Program-made: the position numbers and the translations under genes
In this document: positions 61,848 to 64,000 of the stretch, in pieces
Numbering within the stretch: position 1 is the first letter of the stretch
Layout of the letters: each line of letters opens with the position of its first letter
The notes under the pieces: generated by a model
Database searches by the model: none
The model's input: the letters and a program-made list of their open reading frames with translations, nothing else
What the model was told of the DNA's origin: nothing
Source: Macrostomum hystrix
Taxonomy: Eukaryota > Animalia > Platyhelminthes
Length of the DNA: 64,000 nt
Direction: 5' to 3'
Assembly (NCBI GenBank): GCA_950097015.1
Contig: CATNEN010000002.1
Coordinates: forward strand, 2,418,001-2,482,000

Positions 61848-64000
61848 TCGATTGTGTATAGTAGCTAAAAATTTCAAGTAGCTGAAATGAATAGGTGTTT
61901 GCAAGCGCTGACCTGCACCCGTGAGAGAAGACTCCTAAGGCGGGCGACAGAGTCGACTTAAATATCCGCCTAGCTACACGCGGGATGCCGCGGAGAGAGA
62001 GAGGAGATGAAGGGAGAGAGAGAAGGAGGTTCAGCGGATGCAGGGAGTGGTCCTATCGGCCTCAGGCTGGCCAGTCCCACTCGTCCCATAGGCCACAGGC
62101 ATGACTGCCGTGCCTACCCAAGCAGTGCTCGAAACCGGCTAAAAGTCTAAGGAGAGGTGTCGGACTGCCCGGAATCGGACAGGACAGGGCTAACTAGTCT
62201 ACTGTCGTCAGTAGTGCGTGCGCAACTGACTCCTGACCTTGGTAGCGGTGGTCGAATCGGCCTAGGCTCCTGTCACAGAACTGCGGAAAGGCTATCGGCA
62301 AAGCGGATAGTTGATCGAGGGTAGCGCCACCACCCAATGCGCCTACGTTGCCACCGCAGGCTAGGCATTTGGGAACTTGGGGAGTACACAGCTCCTAGTT
62401 TATCACGCAGATCTAGACAAGCCGAAAAATAGGGCATTCTGCAACTTCCGTTTTAGACTGGGGGAAGGACCCCAGAATGGATCGAGACACGCCTCAAAAG
62501 GGGATTCCTGAATTCGCGCTACAGGGGTCTAGAAAGGTGGTACTAAGAACTCGAATGAGAATCCATAGCCGGAATCCTACTCATGAAACATCAGACACAT
62601 CCTTTACATTAGACTGCAGCCTACACATTAAGCAACTAACAAATCCGAATCTGTGTGAGTTGAGGAAATCAGTGGCTGGAGAGATTAAGCAGAACACTGG
62701 CTAAGTGATTACGCAAGCGCTGATTACTTAAACCTCGCTCCCGCCCCTGTGGCGGCAGTTGCAAGAGGAGGGGGAAAAGAAGGGGAACTCCATTGGCAAG
62801 GGAGTTTGGCACGTACCCCTTTGATCTGCCGGGAAGAGAGGAAAGCCCGCCAAGGAATCCCCCACACCCCGGCAGAGGTGCACATGCTACGCTCCGCATC
62901 TGCCCGCGAATCCCTAGCTCCCTATTACTCTTATGCACGCGTACAGTTGCCTTCCTGCCGCAGCCTTCAGCTCGGCATCACCAGAGCCCACCCCCTAGGA
63001 GATTAGCCACTCATCTCTGAGGGCTGTCTAACGGATAAATAAAACATGGAGGCGGACACGGAATGAGGGGATTTAAATTGTGCTTTAAATTGGCCTGAAG
63101 TAAAATTGATTGGCTAGAGTGGTAACGTTTATTAAGCCACAGGTCCTAACCCTTGCCCACTAAAGTGCCGCCTAACTTAATGAGTAGTCCCTTAGGATTA
63201 GCAATTAGAAACCGCTGCGCGGGTTACTTATCCGGAGGTCGATCGGCCGCGTGCTGCAATCCCGTAGTTCTCGGGGGTGGGACGGGCAAGATTAGCGAGG
63301 ACGGAGAAGGGAAAGCTTATTGCGATGCTGGCAGGGGCCAACACACCAGGAGCTCAAAGGCTCAATTAGAGGGCTCACCTAAAGAGGTGGCTGTCGCTAC
63401 AAGGGGGATGGGAGCAGGCAATGGGCCTGTGAGCGCTGGTCTGAGCTTATAGCTCTAGGGTCTAAGCCCTATGTGGGGGAATTGGGTCCGGAGTAAGTGT
63501 CCTGGGTCCGGTGGGAGTCCGGCCCGGCAAAGGTAAGTCCGGCGGGGGAGAAGAAGGTCGGAGATGGTCCGCCGGGAAGGTCGAGGTTCTAGAGGGAGCA
63601 GCGCGGAGCGCTTGCTTAAATAGTCTTGCAGCACGCCAACCCCGACATCCATCAAAACAGCCCGCATTCACGCCAGCCTGTCAACGGGGAATCGAAGCGG
63701 CGATGAGCCGCCCCGATTACCCAATGAACCGGCGGCGGGAAACGACAGATGCTCTCCGAGAGCAGCCGCCGGCAGACGGCCAATGATTGTTACTCCGCCG
63801 GGACAATGGGAAGCGCAGGCGCCGACCTGCCTACAGTGACATTTACATGTATCTAAAAGGAGGAAGGTCATAAAGTCGAGCTGGGCTCGAATACTGTAAA
63901 GAAGTGGGGACATGAAGAATTAATGATCACTCATAACGCCCGACTGATTCCCGATATCTGATCGCGGTTTGGAGGGGAATTATGGCCTAAACTACTCATA

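Overview
This is eukaryotic, intron-containing invertebrate genomic DNA. Short GT-AG introns, CAG-rich exons and dense minisatellites suggest a free-living flatworm such as Macrostomum, but the organism is inferred, not shown. The supplied ORF track ignores splicing, and many of its ORFs are translated repeats. Genes reconstructed by hand: (1) a 4-exon PDZ-DH-PH RhoGEF-like gene with polyQ tracts (3228-13403 +); (2) a head-to-head pair of nearly identical intronless vWA-domain genes (15639-17063 -, 17931-19355 +) forming a 1.52-kb-arm inverted repeat around a 677-bp bidirectional promoter; (3) a WD40 gene (about 19.9-21.5 kb -); (4) a disrupted LamG-like gene; (5) an SdsA1/BDS1-type alkyl sulfatase (30910-32777 -); (6) an intronless orphan with two predicted TM helices; (7) a 3-exon ankyrin-repeat + Mab-21/cGAS-like nucleotidyltransferase gene (39616-43150 -); (8) a perlecan-like laminin-EGF/LamB/multi-Ig gene (44395-56233 -). 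Mobile DNA comprises two tRNA-headed SINE families (one with a CORE-like domain), a hAT-type MITE with an 8-bp TSD, two degenerate Crypton tyrosine-recombinase elements, and many tandem repeats including a 3.4-kb 16-bp satellite. The best candidates for new biology are the ankyrin-cGLR and the inverted vWA/GIY-YIG-like pair. In that pair, sequence identity is confined to the transcription unit, while a palindrome-21 nt-TATA promoter module is conserved in otherwise diverged promoters.
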